DNA of 64,000 nucleotides from NCBI GenBank assembly GCA_902768335.1, contig CACXKR010000012.1, forward strand, positions 4,870 through 68,869. Reading direction: 5' to 3'. Source of the stretch: an uncultured Erysipelotrichaceae bacterium. Its GTDB lineage: Bacteria > Bacillota_I > Bacilli_A > RFN20 > CAG-826. Made by a program: the position numbers and the translations under genes. Positions 1 to 9,612 of this stretch are shown in pieces. How positions within the stretch are numbered: position 1 is the first letter of the stretch; every line of letters begins with the position of its first letter. Under the pieces are notes generated by a model. That model did not search any database and was not told where the DNA came from. It saw only the letters and a list, made by a program, of their open reading frames with translations.

Positions 1-1166
1 CAGGAAAAACATTGGTCGCTATTATCGCTTTATATGCTAATTATCTTAGAGGTGAACAAGGCGCTTTCATGGCCCCAACAGATGCTCTAGCAAGGCAGCA
101 TTATAAGACTTTTGCAAAGATTTTAGCTCCTTACGGAATTAGAGTTGCTTTGTTATTAGGATCAACTTCTTTAAAGGATAGGTCACAAATTCGTAAAGGT
201 TTAATGAATAATGAAATTAATGTTGTAGTGGGCACTCACGCTTTGTTTTCAAAAGACATTTCATATGCTTCGCTTGGCTTAGCGATTATTGACGAACAAC
301 ATAAATTCGGCGTCAACCAAAGAATGCTATTAACATCTAAAGGTGAAAATGCCGATTTACTTTTAATGAGCGCAACGCCTATTCCACGTACTTTAGCTTT
401 AACTTTATATGGAGATTTAGATGTTTCAACATTGACTGATTTTCCATTTAAAGAAAGAAAAATAACGACAAAAATTGTAAAAGATGACGATAAAAAGATC
501 TTTTCAGAAATCGAAAAATCTATCTCAAATAATAAAAGAGTTTTTATCGTTGCTCCTTTAATAATTGAGAACAATGAAAAGCAGATATCAGTCGAAAAAT
601 TATTCGCTAAATATTTGCTTAGGTTTCCAGGAAAAGTCTCACTTTTGCACGGAAAATTAGATCAAGATGATAAAAATTTTGCTTTACAAGATTTCATTAG
701 TGGTGATTCGCCAATCTTAATTTCCACCAGTGTGATTGAAGTTGGAATCGATGTTCCAAATGCAGATTTAATGATTATTTATGATCCAACACATTTTGGT
801 CTTGCTTCTCTTCATCAATTACGAGGACGTATTGGTCGAGACGGCGGTGAATCCACTTGTTTACTGGTAACTAATTCAAACGATGAAGAAGAACTCGACA
901 AATTAAATGTTTTAGTTAAATCTAATGACGGCTTCTATATTGCTGAAGAAGATTTAAAACGTCGAGGCCCAGGTGAACTTGGTGGCGTTCGACAATCTGG
1001 AATCGCGAATTTCTTATTTGTAAATCTCGTCGATGATTTCAGAATGTTTGAAGCGGCTCGAGATGACGCTAAATTTATCATCGATAATTCTGATCAAATT
1101 GGCTTTAGACATATTATTAATCGAGCTAAGAAAGAAATTGATTCATCCGACTTTACTAACGTTTAA
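1..1166 (+). CDS. recG: ATP-dependent DNA helicase RecG (C-terminal part; 5' end outside window)
   Basis: Frame is open to the window edge. The first codons read (S)GKTLVA, completing a Walker A. DEQH box (IIDEQHKFG) and helicase motif VI (QLRGRIGRDG) are present. Confidence 0.9.
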   Translation, partial: GKTLVAIIALYANYLRGEQGAFMAPTDALARQHYKTFAKILAPYGIRVALLLGSTSLKDRSQIRKGLMNNEINVVVGTHALFSKDISYASLGLAIIDEQHKFGVNQRMLLTSKGENADLLLMSATPIPRTLALTLYGDLDVSTLTDFPFKERKITTKIVKDDDKKIFSEIEKSISNNKRVFIVAPLIIENNEKQISVEKLFAKYLLRFPGKVSLLHGKLDQDDKNFALQDFISGDSPILISTSVIEVGIDVPNADLMIIYDPTHFGLASLHQLRGRIGRDGGESTCLLVTNSNDEEELDKLNVLVKSNDGFYIAEEDLKRRGPGELGGVRQSGIANFLFVNLVDDFRMFEAARDDAKFIIDNSDQIGFRHIINRAKKEIDSSDFTNV

Positions 1167-1167
1167 T

Positions 1168-2016
1168 ATGAAAGCTCTCTTTATTTATAATAAGACTTCT
1201 GGAAGAGGAATTATTCTTAAAAAGAAAGAACCTATTCTTTCTTCGCTTCATGAAGTTTTCGATGAAGTTGAATGTGTCGAATCTTTGTCGGAAGAACATT
1301 TTAAGGAAGTGGTTGTTAATAGTTGTGGTAAATATGATTCCTTGATTTTTGCTGGAGGCGACGGAACTTTTAATATGGCCGTTAACGCTCTAGCAGAAAA
1401 AGATAATCGCCCCACTTTAGGAGTTATACCTACAGGTACCATAAATGATGCTGCTAAAAACTTTGGAGTTCCTAAAAATATTAAGAAGGCTCTTAAAATA
1501 ATTAAGAATCAAAAGAAACGTAGATTCGATATTGGAAAACTAAACGATAGCTATTATGTCTTTGCGGCAGCAATTGGCGTCTATGCTGATATTCCTATAA
1601 TTACTACTAAAAGAGACAAAAAGAAATTTGGTCCATTTGCGTATTATTTCAAAGCTTTTCCTTCCTTTTTTAAACTGAGAAATATCGAAGGAGATATTGA
1701 AATTGATGGTGTTCTTCATCACTATAAAACGCCATTTGTTTTAATCATGAATTCGACTCACATTGGCGGGTTTAAAATTAATCCTAAAAGTAACATTTCT
1801 GACGGCAAAATGGACATATTTTTATCAAAACCAGGTATTTTTAATTCCTTACTTCAGTATCTATTTTTAAGGCGAAAAATTAAACATTTCCAAGGTTCAA
1901 ATATCAAAGTTAAAGTTAACTGTGATGATGATTGGGATCTCGATGGTGAAAAGGGTCCAAAGGGTGACGCTAATATAAAGGTTTTACCCTCTCACATTTC
2001 TATTTATTCAAAATAA
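1168..2016 (+). CDS. DagK/YegS/BmrU-family lipid kinase
   Basis: GGDGT motif (IFAGGDGTFN) and IPTGTINDAA. The ATG at 1168, 2 nt after the recG stop, is preferred over the ORF-track start at 1033, which overlaps recG. Confidence 0.8.
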   Translation: MKALFIYNKTSGRGIILKKKEPILSSLHEVFDEVECVESLSEEHFKEVVVNSCGKYDSLIFAGGDGTFNMAVNALAEKDNRPTLGVIPTGTINDAAKNFGVPKNIKKALKIIKNQKKRRFDIGKLNDSYYVFAAAIGVYADIPIITTKRDKKKFGPFAYYFKAFPSFFKLRNIEGDIEIDGVLHHYKTPFVLIMNSTHIGGFKINPKSNISDGKMDIFLSKPGIFNSLLQYLFLRRKIKHFQGSNIKVKVNCDDDWDLDGEKGPKGDANIKVLPSHISIYSK

Positions 2017-2100
2017 TTTAATATAGTACAATTAAACAATTCATTGTTTTAGATATGATATAAATATTTATTATGATAAAATAACCTCGGAGATTTTCTT

Positions 2101-3072
2101 ATGGTTAAAATTGTTGTCGATATGATGGGTGGAGATAATGGTGCTAAGCCAACTATCGCTGCCGTATCAAAATTTATTAAAGATCATGATGATGTTTCAA
2201 TCATTGCTGTTGGTGATGAAAAGGTTTTAGAACCTCTTAAAGATAAAGTAAAAATTATCCCATCTACAACCGTCGCTCCAATGGAGTGTTCAGTCATGCA
2301 AGCAATGAGAGATAAAGAATCATCTGTTTATAAAGCTGTTAACGCTTGTTTAAGTGAAGATGCTGATGCTGTTTTAAGCGCAGGTTCAACCGGTGCTTTC
2401 TTGTCTTTGTGTACATTGATTATTAAAAAGATTGACGGTGTTGATAGACCAGCATTAATTACGCAATTTCCAACGAAGGTTAAAGGCAAATATTGTGTCC
2501 TTCTTGATGTTGGTGCAAGCAGCGAAAACAGTCCATCTGAATTAGCCCAATTTGCTAAAATAGGCGAAGCCTACTACCAAGCTTTCTATGAAAAGAAAGA
2601 CCCAAATGTTTATCTAATTTGTAACGGAACCGAGGAAGGTAAAGGTAATACTCTTTCCAAAGAAACTTATGCTCTTTTAAAAAATGAAAAGAACTTTAAA
2701 GGATATATGGAAGCTAGAGACGTTTTATCAGGCAGTGCAGATGTCGTTGTTTTTGATGGTTTCACTGGAAATGTCTTCCTTAAAGGAAGTGAAGGTATGG
2801 CGAAGATGATGGGCGGATTAATGAAAGAAGCTTTCACATCATCATTTAGATCAAAATTAGGTTATTTGTTTGCTCGTAAAGGCATGAAAGGTATGCTTGA
2901 GACAATGAATTATAAACGTGTTGGAGGAGCTCTTCTTGTTGGTGTTAATAAAGTTGCTGTTAAAGCGCACGGAAACGCTGATGAAGAATCTTTCTATGGT
3001 TCACTCAATGTTGCATATACTTCTGCTAAAAAGCAAACAGTCAAAAAAATTAAAGAGAATTTGAAATTATGA
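2101..3072 (+). CDS. plsX: Phosphate acyltransferase PlsX
   Basis: Full-length similarity to PlsX (VDMMGGDNGAK N-terminus, GFTGNV motif). SD-like ggag lies upstream. Ends in TGA, overlapping the rnc start. Confidence 0.9.
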   Translation: MVKIVVDMMGGDNGAKPTIAAVSKFIKDHDDVSIIAVGDEKVLEPLKDKVKIIPSTTVAPMECSVMQAMRDKESSVYKAVNACLSEDADAVLSAGSTGAFLSLCTLIIKKIDGVDRPALITQFPTKVKGKYCVLLDVGASSENSPSELAQFAKIGEAYYQAFYEKKDPNVYLICNGTEEGKGNTLSKETYALLKNEKNFKGYMEARDVLSGSADVVVFDGFTGNVFLKGSEGMAKMMGGLMKEAFTSSFRSKLGYLFARKGMKGMLETMNYKRVGGALLVGVNKVAVKAHGNADEESFYGSLNVAYTSAKKQTVKKIKENLKL

Positions 3073-3752
3073 GACCTGTAAGTGAACTTTTAGAAAAACT
3101 AAACATCAAACCAAAGCATATTTCATTATATGAAACTGCTTTTACACATTCTTCCTATAACGCGGATGCGAACACTAAACATCACGATTATGAAAGAATG
3201 GAATTTTTAGGTGATTCAGTTATTGGTTTAGTTGTTTCCGAAGTTTCTTTTGGTGCGCGTCCTGAAATGACGCAAGGCCCGCTTACAAAAATGAAATCAA
3301 ATTTGGTGTCTACAAATTCTCTTGCTGATCTTGCAAGAAAATATGGTTTCCCTAATTATATTAGAGTCGGCAACTCATTCTCGGGAGACATTTCAAAAGC
3401 AAACCATCTTTTGGAAGATGTTTTCGAAGCGTTCTTTGGAGCACTTTATCTCGATCAAGGATTTGAAGTTGCTCGTAAACTACTTATTGATATTTTCATT
3501 AATATCATCAAAAACTACAACATCGAAGATTCAACTGATTATAAATCGAAACTTCAAGAAGAAATGCAAGCTGAACATCGCGAATCGGTAAGCTATGAAG
3601 TTATCTCTGAAACTGGTCCATCTCACGATAGACATTTCGTCGTCCGTGTTGTATTCGATGGAATGGAACTTGGAGTTGGCGAAGGTTCAACTAAAAAACA
3701 GGCTGAACAAATGGCGGCTAAAGCTGCGTTAGAAAAGGAAGCAGGTAAATAA
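3069..3752 (+). CDS. rnc: Ribonuclease III
   Basis: RNase III signature ERMEFLGDSV and a C-terminal dsRNA-binding domain (GEGSTKKQAEQMAAKAAL). Confidence 0.92.
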   Translation: MRPVSELLEKLNIKPKHISLYETAFTHSSYNADANTKHHDYERMEFLGDSVIGLVVSEVSFGARPEMTQGPLTKMKSNLVSTNSLADLARKYGFPNYIRVGNSFSGDISKANHLLEDVFEAFFGALYLDQGFEVARKLLIDIFINIIKNYNIEDSTDYKSKLQEEMQAEHRESVSYEVISETGPSHDRHFVVRVVFDGMELGVGEGSTKKQAEQMAAKAALEKEAGK

Positions 3753-4726
3753 TGGGTTTATTTAAGTTTCTTAAAGAAAAGATCGCAAAGAAAAATGTTA
3801 AGGAGACTGAAACATATGTTTCAGGCATGACAAAATCTCGTGAAAACTTTGCTAATAAACTCGACGAACTTTCTAGACGCTACAAAGAAGTTAATCAAGA
3901 ATATTTTGAGCAACTTGAAGAAATTCTTATCGAAGCAGACGTTGGTGTTTCATTGACTTTAAGAATCATTGAAGAAGTGATTGAAGAAAGTAAAAGTGAA
4001 GGTATTAAAGAACCAACCGCTATAAACGAACTTGTCGTTGATAAAATGTTTATCGGCTATGCAACTAAAGGTGGAGATATCACTAATGAAATCAGTTTTG
4101 TTAATGGTGGCCCGACTGTTTTACTTGTTGCTGGTGTTAATGGAGTTGGTAAAACTACTTCAATCGCCAAATTGGCCTATCGCTATATTAATAAAGGCAA
4201 AAAAGTTATGCTTTGTGCCGCTGATACTTTTAGAGCAGGAGCGGTGGAGCAATTATCAATTTGGGCAAAGCGCTTAAATTGTCCAATCGTCGTTGGAAAA
4301 CCGGAATCTGATCCTGCCAGCGTCGCATTTGAAGGTGCAAGACGCGCTAAAGAAGAAGGTATCGATTTATTGATTGTTGATACTGCTGGTAGATTACAAA
4401 ACAAAACTAATTTAATGAATGAACTCGCCAAGATTTCGCGTGTTATTTCAAAAGAGATTCCAAACGCTCCACATGAAGCGTTCCTAGTTATTGATGCGAC
4501 CACAGGACAAAACGGTGTTTTGCAAGCAAAACAATTCCTTGATTGTATCAAACTTACCGGCATTGTTATCACTAAAATGGACGGAACATCTAAAGGTGGA
4601 ATCATTTTAGCGATTAGAGATGAACTTGGCATACCTGTTCGTTTTATCGGCCTTGGTGAAAAAATGGAAGATTTAGAAGAGTTTGATTTAGATAAATATC
4701 TATATGGACTCTGTTTAGCAAAATAG
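3752..4726 (+). CDS. ftsY: Signal recognition particle receptor FtsY
   Basis: SRP GTPase motifs GVNGVGKTT, DTAGR and TKMDGT. Conserved position before ylxM-ffh. Confidence 0.92.
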   Translation: MGLFKFLKEKIAKKNVKETETYVSGMTKSRENFANKLDELSRRYKEVNQEYFEQLEEILIEADVGVSLTLRIIEEVIEESKSEGIKEPTAINELVVDKMFIGYATKGGDITNEISFVNGGPTVLLVAGVNGVGKTTSIAKLAYRYINKGKKVMLCAADTFRAGAVEQLSIWAKRLNCPIVVGKPESDPASVAFEGARRAKEEGIDLLIVDTAGRLQNKTNLMNELAKISRVISKEIPNAPHEAFLVIDATTGQNGVLQAKQFLDCIKLTGIVITKMDGTSKGGIILAIRDELGIPVRFIGLGEKMEDLEEFDLDKYLYGLCLAK

Positions 4727-4728
4727 AT

Positions 4729-5031
4729 ATGAGTGATGTTAAGAAAGTTGAAAAGATAAATCGTTTACTCGACATTTATGGTCGACTTTTGACAAATTCG
4801 CAATTCGACATCATGTCCGATTATTACTATTGCGATTTGTCGCTAAGTGAAATTTCTGAACTAAGAAAAATCAGTCGAACCGCGGTATCTGATGCAATAA
4901 AGCAATCAACAAAAAAACTTGAGCAATTTGAAAAAAAACTAGGGATTTGCAAAGCTTTTGATGAGTTTAAAACCCCTGAAAACAAGAAGATTATCGAAGA
5001 GTTAGAGGAGAGAATAAAAGATGGCATTTGA
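4729..5031 (+). CDS. ylxM: YlxM/UPF0122 small DNA-binding (sigma-70 region 4-like) protein
   Basis: 100-aa protein immediately upstream of and overlapping ffh. HTH-like segment LSLSEISELRKISRTAVSDAI. Confidence 0.75.
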   Translation: MSDVKKVEKINRLLDIYGRLLTNSQFDIMSDYYYCDLSLSEISELRKISRTAVSDAIKQSTKKLEQFEKKLGICKAFDEFKTPENKKIIEELEERIKDGI

Positions 5032-6373
5032 GTCCTTGAGTGAAAAATTTCAAAGAATCTTAAAAAAGGTTAGAGGTCAATCTAGATTAACTGAAGCTAA
5101 TATGGACGATATGCTCAAAGAAGTCCGCATTGCTCTTCTAGAAGCTGACGTTAATTTTAAAGTTGTTAAAGAATTTGTTGAACAAGTAAAACAAAAAGCC
5201 ATTGGTGCGGAGGTTTATACAAAACTTAATCCATCCCAAATGGTTGTTAAAATTGTTCACGATGAATTAACTGAACTTTTAGGTTCAGGCGATAGTGAAC
5301 TTACTTACGAGAAAAATAAACCAACAATTATTATGCTCGTTGGTCTACAAGGAACTGGTAAAACTACTTCCGCTGGTAAACTTGCTAATTTAATGAAACG
5401 CAAGCTTGCCAAAAAAGTTTTGCTTGCCGCTGCTGATGTTTATCGTCCAGCCGCTATTGATCAATTGGAACAAATCGGTAAACAAATCGATGTTCCTGTT
5501 TTTACAATGGGAACCGGTGTTTCGCCAGTCGAAATCGCTAAGAAAGCAAAAGAAAAAGCCTATAACGATCATTTTGATGTGCTCATCATCGATACTGCTG
5601 GTCGATTACAAATCGATGAACCTTTGATGAAAGAGTTAAATAATATTTCAGATAATGTTAATCCAAACGAAATTTTGCTTCTTGTTGATGCCATGTCTGG
5701 CCAAGATGCGATCAATGTGGCAAAAGCATTTAATGAATCGCTTCAACTCACTGGTATCATTATGTCCAAACTTGATGGCGATGCTCGTGGTGGTTCCGCT
5801 TTATCAATCAAACATCTAACAGGTGTTCCAATTAAGTTTGCAGGTACAGGCGAAAAATTAACTGATTTAGATGTTTTCCATCCTGACCGTATGGCAGACC
5901 GAATTCTTGGAATGGGTGACTTAGTCACCTTGGTTGAGAAAGTCCAAGAAGAAATCGATGAAAAGGAAGCGAGAAAAGATGCTGAGGCGATGATGTCGGG
6001 TAAATTTACTCTCGATGATTTACTTAAGCAAATGAAAAGAATTCAAAAAATGGGTTCGCTTGGCGGTTTATTAAAACTTATTCCTGGTATGCCTAAGATT
6101 ACGGAAGAACAAAAAGAAGCCGGTGAAAAGGAAATGAAAAACTTTGAGGCTATTATAAATTCCATGACTCCATATGAAAGAGAAAATCCGGAAGTTTTAA
6201 AGAATTCACGGAAGGTTAGAATTGCTAAAGGTTGTGGAAAGACTAATGCAGATATCAATCGTTTATTGAAACGCTACGAATCAATGCTCGAAATGATGAA
6301 GAAGATGCAACAATATAAAAAAACAGGAAGAATGCCGCCTGGCATGGGCTTCCCTCCTGGAGGAATGATGTAA
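5021..6373 (+). CDS. ffh: Signal recognition particle protein Ffh
   Basis: GLQGTGKTT, DTAGR, SKLDGD motifs and a Met-rich M domain at the C-terminus. Confidence 0.95.
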   Translation: MAFESLSEKFQRILKKVRGQSRLTEANMDDMLKEVRIALLEADVNFKVVKEFVEQVKQKAIGAEVYTKLNPSQMVVKIVHDELTELLGSGDSELTYEKNKPTIIMLVGLQGTGKTTSAGKLANLMKRKLAKKVLLAAADVYRPAAIDQLEQIGKQIDVPVFTMGTGVSPVEIAKKAKEKAYNDHFDVLIIDTAGRLQIDEPLMKELNNISDNVNPNEILLLVDAMSGQDAINVAKAFNESLQLTGIIMSKLDGDARGGSALSIKHLTGVPIKFAGTGEKLTDLDVFHPDRMADRILGMGDLVTLVEKVQEEIDEKEARKDAEAMMSGKFTLDDLLKQMKRIQKMGSLGGLLKLIPGMPKITEEQKEAGEKEMKNFEAIINSMTPYERENPEVLKNSRKVRIAKGCGKTNADINRLLKRYESMLEMMKKMQQYKKTGRMPPGMGFPPGGMM

Positions 6374-6399
6374 AAAAGGTGCTCGATTGAGCGCCTTTT
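6374..6399. terminator. Bidirectional rho-independent terminator between convergent ffh and trmD
   Basis: aaaaGGTGCTCgatTGAGCGCCtttt: a 7-bp stem flanked by an A-run and a T-run. Overlaps the trmD stop codon. Confidence 0.7.
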
Positions 6400-7171
6400 A
6401 CTTTGTAAATTTTTTGCCTTTTTCAAGTGCGTCGATATACCATTTTGGTTCATCTACGCCTTCATCAATTTCTTTTAGAAGTTTTAAATCTTGTTTTGTT
6501 TTTATGTGTTTATCGAACAAATCAGGTCGATTTTCTCTTGTAATTTTAAGACTTTCTTTTCGGCGATATTTATTAATTGCCTCGTGATTACCAGTGTAAA
6601 GAATATCTGGAACTTTTTTGCCTTCAAATTCTTTTGGTTCAGTATATTGAGGATATTCTAACAAATCATCTGAAAAAGTTTCTTCTTCTAGTGAAGCGTC
6701 AGTAATTGCTCCATCGAGTAATCTAATTACTGAATCAGCAATGACCATAGCTCCAAGTTCTCCACCGGTCAAAACATAGTCGCCTATTGAGATGAGTTCA
6801 TCAACATAATTGTTAACTCTTTCATCGACTCCTTCATAGTGTCCGCACACTAAGACAATATCGTTTAATTTTGCTAATTTAACCGCGTTTTGCTGACGAT
6901 ATTGCTTTCCTTTCGGGGATAAAAGAATTTTGAAAGAGTCAGGTTTTGCGTTGTTTTTTAAAGCGTCGACAATTGGCTGACATTTCATTATTAAGCCAGC
7001 TCCGCCGCCAATTGGAGGAGTGTCGACTCGACCATATTTATCAAGGGTATAATCGCGAATATTTACAATCTTAACTTCAACAACTTTCTTTCCAATTGCG
7101 CGTTTAATAATTGAGTTCGTTAAAAACCCATCAAACATTTCAGGAAACAAAGTTAAAATCGTTATTCTCAT
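6398..7171 (-). CDS. trmD: tRNA (guanine37-N1)-methyltransferase TrmD
   Basis: MRITILTLFPEMF N-terminus and GHYEGVDERV motif typical of TrmD. Confidence 0.92.
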   Translation of the reverse strand: MRITILTLFPEMFDGFLTNSIIKRAIGKKVVEVKIVNIRDYTLDKYGRVDTPPIGGGAGLIMKCQPIVDALKNNAKPDSFKILLSPKGKQYRQQNAVKLAKLNDIVLVCGHYEGVDERVNNYVDELISIGDYVLTGGELGAMVIADSVIRLLDGAITDASLEEETFSDDLLEYPQYTEPKEFEGKKVPDILYTGNHEAINKYRRKESLKITRENRPDLFDKHIKTKQDLKLLKEIDEGVDEPKWYIDALEKGKKFTK

Positions 7172-7674
7172 AATAAACCTTCAATATAATTTACAACAAT
7201 TTTCTTTTCTTCTAGAGAAACGGATTTGATAAAAGCTTTCACAAATGGAATTAGAACATCTTTTGGGGAATGCTTAATTCTTAAAGTCGAATAACTTGTA
7301 TATTCTTCAATTTTTTCTACTTTTCCGATTAATGAACCATTATCGAAATATACTTCCATTCCAACAAGATCGGAATAAAAGAATTCGCCCTTTTTTAGAA
7401 AGGAAATATCTTTTTTAACAAACAGATCTTGATGAACGAATTTCTCGACTTTTTCAATCGTATCGAAACCTTCGAAAATGAGGTTATCACAGTCACCATT
7501 TTTAGCATGCTTTACTATAAGTAAGTCTTCAACGATATTCTTGTTTTCGTCGAGTAAAAAAACGTGGCTCCCTTTTGAAAATCGAGAGTCACGAAAATGG
7601 GTTGATGGATAGACTTTAACTTCGCCTTTTAAACCAACTGTTCTAACAATAGTTCCGACTGTTAAAAAATCCAT
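7168..7674 (-). CDS. rimM: 16S rRNA processing protein RimM
   Basis: Size (168 aa), GTIVRTVGLKGEVKV N-terminus, and position between the KH protein gene and trmD. Confidence 0.85.
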   Translation of the reverse strand: MDFLTVGTIVRTVGLKGEVKVYPSTHFRDSRFSKGSHVFLLDENKNIVEDLLIVKHAKNGDCDNLIFEGFDTIEKVEKFVHQDLFVKKDISFLKKGEFFYSDLVGMEVYFDNGSLIGKVEKIEEYTSYSTLRIKHSPKDVLIPFVKAFIKSVSLEEKKIVVNYIEGLL

Positions 7675-7676
7675 TC

Positions 7677-7934
7677 TTATTTTTCTTCATCAAAGGATTC
7701 GAAACTTAGATGAATATGTTTGTTTTCGTTTTTACCAGCAACGGAGATGAGTTCACGCAATGCGGATGCAACCATTCCTTTTTTGCCGATGAGTCTAGCA
7801 GTGTCTTCGCTTTCGGTGCAGATTAATAATCTAACATCTTTTTCGTTATCGCTAGGAAGTTCACGAACCATCAAAGCTTCAGGATTGATTAAGAAAGGAT
7901 CGACAATTGTATGAATGATCTTTTCGTAATCCAT
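7677..7934 (-). CDS. khpA: KH-domain RNA-binding protein (YlqC/KhpA type)
   Basis: 85 aa with GKKG KH motif (LIGKKGMVASALR). Conserved location between rpsP and rimM. Confidence 0.7.
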   Translation of the reverse strand: MDYEKIIHTIVDPFLINPEALMVRELPSDNEKDVRLLICTESEDTARLIGKKGMVASALRELISVAGKNENKHIHLSFESFDEEK

Positions 7935-8209
7935 TATTTAGAAACCTTCTTTGATTCAGCGTATTTTTGCATGATGCCCTTTTTGGTGAATAATGTACGA
8001 ATCGAATCACTTGGTTGAGCACCTTTTTGAAGCCACTTTAATGCTGCTTCGACATTAATATCGGCATTTTCTTCACCTTTTGCTGGATCGAAGTAACCGA
8101 TTTGTTCGACATAACGACCGTCTCTAGCGAATCTAGAATCCGCGACAACAACACGGTAGATAGCTTCTTTATGACGACCAATTCTGGTAAGTCTAATTTT
8201 AACTGACAT
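7934..8209 (-). CDS. rpsP: 30S ribosomal protein S16
   Basis: MSVKIRLTRIGRHK N-terminus is diagnostic for S16. Confidence 0.92.
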   Translation of the reverse strand: MSVKIRLTRIGRHKEAIYRVVVADSRFARDGRYVEQIGYFDPAKGEENADINVEAALKWLQKGAQPSDSIRTLFTKKGIMQKYAESKKVSK

Positions 8210-8237
8210 ATTTGTAATCTCCTTTTTACCGCCAACT

Positions 8238-8265
8238 ATTATAACTTGTTATATAGATGTGTCAA
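8238..8265 (-). promoter_or_regulatory. Sigma-70-type promoter of the rpsP-khpA-rimM-trmD operon
   Basis: The minus strand reads TTGACA (8265-8260), a 16-nt spacer, then TATAAT (8243-8238), about 30 nt upstream of the rpsP ATG. Confidence 0.7.
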
Positions 8266-8299
8266 GTACTTTTACTTAACACCACCTGAAATAATTTTC

Positions 8300-8328
8300 T
8301 TGCACCTATTATATAGATTTGTTAATAT
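8300..8328 (+). promoter_or_regulatory. Sigma-70-type promoter of rplS
   Basis: TTGCAC (8300-8305), 17-nt spacer, TAATAT (8323-8328). Gives an untranslated leader of about 90 nt. Confidence 0.65.
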
Positions 8329-8334
8329 CTTTCA

Positions 8335-8423
8335 TGCGAGTTTAAAAACTCGCTCAGGACGTCCCGCTTTCAAGTCATGATATGAACGTACCGAGTAAAT
8401 ACTTGTAAGAAGGAGGAAAAGAC
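8335..8423 (+). promoter_or_regulatory. Structured rplS 5' leader (candidate L19 autoregulatory leader)
   Basis: Hairpin GCGAGTttaaaaACTCGC at 8337-8354, then a GC-rich segment and SD aaggagg before the ATG at 8424. An L19 leader RNA family is known upstream of rplS in low-GC Gram-positives. I cannot confirm a match to that family without a covariance model. Confidence 0.4.
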
Positions 8424-8771
8424 ATGAACACAAATATCGTTAACGAAGTTACTACTCGTCAACTTAAGAAAGATGTCCCAGAATTCTCTTCTGGTGATAC
8501 TGTTAAAGTTTACGTGAGAATTATCGAAAACAACAAAGAACGTATCCAAGTCTTCCAAGGCGTCGTTATGCAACGCCGCGGCTCCGGTGTCAGCGAAACC
8601 TTCACTGTTAGAAAAATTTCTTCAGGTGTCGGTGTTGAAAGAACTTTCCCAATCCATTCACCAGTCATCTCTAAGATCGAACTCGTGAAACGTGGTAAAG
8701 TTCGTCGTAGTAGAATTACCTATTTACGCAAACGTTCTGGCAAAGCCGCTCGTATTAAAGAAGTTCTTTAA
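8424..8771 (+). CDS. rplS: 50S ribosomal protein L19
   Basis: 115 aa with the [25 protein letters not shown] pattern typical of L19. Strong SD aaggagg. Confidence 0.92.
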   Translation: MNTNIVNEVTTRQLKKDVPEFSSGDTVKVYVRIIENNKERIQVFQGVVMQRRGSGVSETFTVRKISSGVGVERTFPIHSPVISKIELVKRGKVRRSRITYLRKRSGKAARIKEVL

Positions 8772-8793
8772 TAAGAGATACTTAGAAAGATTA

Positions 8794-8815
8794 AACCCAC
8801 TCGTTGGGTTTTTTC
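8794..8815 (+). terminator. rplS rho-independent terminator
   Basis: AACCCActcgtTGGGTT followed by TTTTT. Confidence 0.75.
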
Positions 8816-8877
8816 TTTACTTACTTAGAACGGAAATAAAACTTTAGTTTTGAAACTTTTCTACTATAATTGTGTAT

Positions 8878-9612
8878 ATGAGCGAAGTTAATACTAAAAA
8901 ACCTGTAACGCCTTTTAGAGCTTTTGTTGATAAGCTTGTTTTCGCTTTATATGTTATCGCTTTGATTTTAGCGGTTTGTTTTTCAGCATTTATTTGGTTC
9001 CAAAAAACTTATTTTTCAGCTTACTGGGTTAATGGCCAATCAATGTGGCCAACTTTAAATGCTGACGCTAAAGATGCTAAAGGAATTCCATTTAACGAAG
9101 AGAAAAGAGCACTCGATGGTGCTACTGGAGTTGACTTTGTCATTGGTGATTGTCATCAAAATGCAATCGATAGTATTAAGCGTTTTGATATTGTAGTTTG
9201 TAAATATAGTGACTCTGATTATTCCGATAAGATTAAACGTGTCATCGTTTTACCTGGTGAAACTTTTTATATCGATACCACAGGTGCCGGTAATGAAGGA
9301 AACGGTGTTCTTCACATATTGAACTCAAGCACAAATGATTATGAGGTAATCGACCAGTCATTCACTAATATTAGTGCGGGAGATTATCCTGCTATTTATG
9401 GTCAACCAACAACCCTTAATGAAAATGAGTATTTTGTGATGGGTGATAATCGCGCTAATTCGAGTGACTCAAGGCAAAATGGTCCGATCACCAAATCTAA
9501 TATTGAAGCTAAAACGATAGCGTTAGTTGCTAAATGTAAAATCGTTTACAACGTCAGTGAAGGTAAATATGTCCCAACTGATGTTAATTATTCTTGGCCG
9601 AGGTTTTTCTAA
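8878..9612 (+). CDS. lepB: Signal peptidase I
   Basis: N-terminal TM segment, catalytic Ser box GQSMWPTL, and GDNRANSSDSR box. ATG 8878 is preferred over GTG 8872. TATAAT lies 7 nt upstream of the ATG, suggesting a leaderless mRNA. Confidence 0.85.
   Translation: MSEVNTKKPVTPFRAFVDKLVFALYVIALILAVCFSAFIWFQKTYFSAYWVNGQSMWPTLNADAKDAKGIPFNEEKRALDGATGVDFVIGDCHQNAIDSIKRFDIVVCKYSDSDYSDKIKRVIVLPGETFYIDTTGAGNEGNGVLHILNSSTNDYEVIDQSFTNISAGDYPAIYGQPTTLNENEYFVMGDNRANSSDSRQNGPITKSNIEAKTIALVAKCKIVYNVSEGKYVPTDVNYSWPRFF

Noticed and set aside
4183-4632. 149-aa minus-strand ORF inside ftsY. The same applies to 236-574, 1248-1442, 5743-5928, 6043-6258, 11374-11598, 18882-19106, 20200-20463 and 22708-23097.
   Set aside because: These lie fully antisense to strongly supported conserved genes. 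They have no SD or promoter, their composition is typical of shadow frames in AT-rich DNA, and their translations are low-complexity.
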